Positions 30,783 to 33,013 of a stretch of 33,013 bases of DNA are shown piece after piece (position 1 is the stretch's first letter; every line of letters starts with the position of its first letter). Source of the DNA: an uncultured Clostridia bacterium (lineage in GTDB: Bacteria > Bacillota > Clostridia > TANB77 > CAG-508); contig CANQES010000003.1 in the NCBI GenBank assembly GCA_947595555.1, positions 1 through 33,013 on the forward strand. The letters are read 5' to 3'. A program made the position numbers and the translations under genes. Under the pieces are notes generated by a model. The model had not been told where the DNA came from, ran no database searches, and worked only from the letters and a program-made list of their open reading frames with translations.

Positions 30783-31655
30783 ATGGAAATAATTGTAGCG
30801 AAAACAGCAGGATTTTGTTATGGAGTAAAAAGGGCAGTAGAAGGTGCACAAAGAGATGTAGAAGAAAAAGAGAAACTATATTGTCTAGGAGAATTAGTAC
30901 ATAACAAACAAGTAATTGAAAAATTAGAACAAAAAGGACTAAGATTTATTGATAATATAGAAGAAGCAAATGGAATTACTATTATCCGTGCACATGGTGT
31001 ACCACAACAAGTCTATGATAAGGCAAAGGAAAAACAAATAGAATTAATTGATTATACATGTCCAAATGTTTTAAAAATACATAGAATAGTTGAAGAATAT
31101 TCGAAAGATGGATATTATATTTGTTTATGTGGAAGTAAAAAGCACCCAGAAAATATAGGTACCATCAGTTATTGTAGTACAGAATCTTCAATTATAGAAA
31201 ATATAGAAGATGTAGAAGATTCAATACAGAAAATAAAAGACTTACAAATGAAGAAAGTGCTACTTACTTCTCAAACAACATATAGCTTAGAAAAATTTTA
31301 TCAAATAGAAAAAGAGTTAAAAGGAATGTTGGATAATGATGTTGAGTTTGTTGTAAAAAATACTATTTGTAAAGCAACAGAACTAAGACAAAAAGAGACC
31401 GAACAAATAGCAAAAAAAGTGCAATGCATGATTGTAATAGGCGGCAAAAATAGTTCAAACACGAAGAAACTTTATCAAATTGCAGAGCAAAATTGCAATT
31501 GTAGTTTTTATATCGAGGTGGCTGAAGAATTGAACTTAAAAGACATTGCAAAATTCAACAAAATTGGAATTGTTGCAGGAGCATCAACACCAAAACAAAA
31601 TATCGAAGAAGTTATAGCTATGTTGAAAAATGTCGAAATTCGCGATGAAAAATAA
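30783..31655 (+). CDS. ispH: 4-hydroxy-3-methylbut-2-enyl diphosphate reductase (no S1 fusion)
   Basis: AGFCYGVKRA, VHN, IRAHG, TCP, HPE, SQTT, TICKAT, SSNT, AGASTP. Confidence 0.96.
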   Translation: MEIIVAKTAGFCYGVKRAVEGAQRDVEEKEKLYCLGELVHNKQVIEKLEQKGLRFIDNIEEANGITIIRAHGVPQQVYDKAKEKQIELIDYTCPNVLKIHRIVEEYSKDGYYICLCGSKKHPENIGTISYCSTESSIIENIEDVEDSIQKIKDLQMKKVLLTSQTTYSLEKFYQIEKELKGMLDNDVEFVVKNTICKATELRQKETEQIAKKVQCMIVIGGKNSSNTKKLYQIAEQNCNCSFYIEVAEELNLKDIAKFNKIGIVAGASTPKQNIEEVIAMLKNVEIRDEK

Positions 31656-31705
31656 GATAAAATAAAAGAAATATATTGACAAACCTACCATGTAGACATT
31701 ATACT
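31621..31705 (+). promoter_or_regulatory. Tandem Spo0A-like boxes plus sigma-A promoter for the Rpn-like gene
   Basis: TGTTGAA-aaa-TGTCGAA (31621-31637, within the ispH 3' end); TTGACA(31676)-18 nt-TATACT(31700). Confidence 0.45.
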
Positions 31706-31776
31706 CATAATGAATTATATAATTTATACATAACTAGTAAAAGGAGGTAACATCTTTAGTGCACTAAAAAGAGTAT

Positions 31777-32400
31777 ATGAATAGAAAATTTGTATCCAAG
31801 AGTAATAGAGTATTAAGAAAAGTTTTAAATTCAAAAGAAAATTTGGATATTTTGCAAGATTTCATAGAAAGTTTCTTAAAAATAGACATAGCAGAAATTA
31901 AGCTAAATCCTTATTTAGAAATTAAATCAAGTCATTTACCATCAGAAGAAAATTTTGGAATAGCAGATGTAAGAGTAAAACTAAAAAATAACGAAGAACT
32001 AAATATAGGAATTCAATTTATTGACGGATATTTTGCACAAAATAAAATGCTCTTATATTATGCACAAATCCATTCTAATCAATTAATATATCAAGACAAT
32101 AGAAAAATGTCAAAAACAGTTACTATAAATTTGTTAGATTTTAATTATTTAAAATCTAGTAATTATTTCAATAAAATTGTTATACCATCTAGTAGGCAAA
32201 ATGAAATTGAATTATATGTATTAGAGTTGCCTAAATTCATTTTAAAAAATAGTAAAACAATGAATAAACAAGAAGCATGGATGTCGTATCTATGTGGTAG
32301 GCAAATGGAAATTATTGCACACATTTTAAAAAAATTTGATAAAATACAAAAATTGGATAATTTGCTAGAAGAATATTGGCAAAACGAAACAATGGAATAA
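31777..32400 (+). CDS. Short, degenerate Rpn-family / PD-(D/E)XK-like protein
   Basis: ENLDILQDFIESFL, ADVRVKL....NIGIQ (ExQ position is Gly), LLYYAQ, TVTINLLDFNY, LYVLELPKF, WMSYL; lacks the repeat tail. Confidence 0.75.
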   Translation: MNRKFVSKSNRVLRKVLNSKENLDILQDFIESFLKIDIAEIKLNPYLEIKSSHLPSEENFGIADVRVKLKNNEELNIGIQFIDGYFAQNKMLLYYAQIHSNQLIYQDNRKMSKTVTINLLDFNYLKSSNYFNKIVIPSSRQNEIELYVLELPKFILKNSKTMNKQEAWMSYLCGRQMEIIAHILKKFDKIQKLDNLLEEYWQNETME

Positions 32401-32410
32401 AGATTTGGAA

Positions 32411-32454
32411 AAGAAATTGAGAAGAAATTGGGAAGAATTTGAGAAGGATTTGGG
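32411..32454. repeat. Four degenerate 11-bp tandem repeats
   Basis: AAGAAATTGAG AAGAAATTGGG AAGAATTTGAG AAGGATTTGGG. Confidence 0.7.
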
Positions 32455-32471
32455 GACGGCCCCAAATCCTT
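32444..32471. terminator. Hairpin between convergent genes, probable terminator
   Basis: AAGGATTTGGGG-acgg-CCCCAAATCCTT. Confidence 0.7.
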
Positions 32472-32476
32472 ATTCC

Positions 32477-33013
32477 TTATTTTAAAGTTACTCTGATAAT
32501 AGTTCCTTCTGGTACTTGGTCGTCTTTTAAATAATCTTGTGTGGCAACAACACCAGAGCCTTCTATATTAATATTTAAATTCTTAGATAATAGTGTATTA
32601 GTTGCAGAAGATGCATTCATACCGTTTAGGTCAGGGACGGTAACTGACGTAGAAATAGTACTTCCTTGACCATAAAGAATGATAATAGAACCCCTTGGAA
32701 GAGAATTTCCTGGTTTAGGATTTTGATCTTCGACCAAAATATTATTAGCATCTCCATCTACATAACTCTTAGTATTAAATCCAGCTGCTTTTAATATTTT
32801 TTCTGCTTCTGCTACTGTTTTATGTCTAATATCAGGAACAGTAATAAAATTACTTGAATTAGTATTACTAGAACCAGAATCATTAGAAGGAACACCTAAA
32901 TAAGGTAAAATGTCAGAAAGCATCCTAGATACAACAGGACCGCAAATAACACCACCATGATGACTACCAGCGCCTTGAGGCTTATACAAAGTAAGAAGAA
33001 GTACAATTTGAGT
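32477..33013 (-). CDS. C-terminal end of a penicillin-binding protein (SpoVD/FtsI-like) with two PASTA domains; 5'-truncated by window edge
   Basis: Frame open to 33013 (TQIVLLLTLYKP...HGGVICGPVVSRMLSDILPYLG), then VPDIRHK..AEAEKIL and VPDLNGM PASTA repeats. Confidence 0.85.
   Translation of the reverse strand, partial: TQIVLLLTLYKPQGAGSHHGGVICGPVVSRMLSDILPYLGVPSNDSGSSNTNSSNFITVPDIRHKTVAEAEKILKAAGFNTKSYVDGDANNILVEDQNPKPGNSLPRGSIIILYGQGSTISTSVTVPDLNGMNASSATNTLLSKNLNINIEGSGVVATQDYLKDDQVPEGTIIRVTLK

Noticed and set aside
32411-32454. CRISPR array
   Set aside because: Units are 11 bp and contiguous, with no spacers and no cas genes.

Overview
AT-rich chromosomal window from a spore-forming Clostridia-class Bacillota (inferred from yabG, veg, a PASTA-domain PBP, Spo0A/sigK-like sites and rpsD inside the alpha operon). 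It contains: the 3' part of an Rpn/PD-(D/E)XK gene; adk-map-infA-rpmJ-rpsM-rpsK-rpsD-rpoA-rplQ; recD2, a RelE/ParE-type toxin-antitoxin pair and comF, bracketed by two very long imperfect hairpins; a KAP P-loop NTPase-ligA-metG-folD-dprA run; dapA-dapB (minus strand); a YgjP/M48-like gene; tRNA-Gln(CTG); lepB; hslO plus two glycosyltransferase-like genes and a GNAT; purH; yabG; veg; an orphan WalR-like regulator; ispG; ispH; a degenerate Rpn-like gene; and the 3' end of a PBP. The standout observation is that the only three frame breaks I found (one in recD2, two in yabG) are the same event. Each is an in-frame CGG followed by T at a conserved glycine, and reading CGGT as one Gly (skipping the C) restores the family motif. 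By manual inspection, in-frame CGG occurs nowhere else in the window's genes. This suggests lineage-wide +1 recoding or quadruplet-like decoding at CGG-U. All calls are from reading the sequence by eye; no database searches were run.
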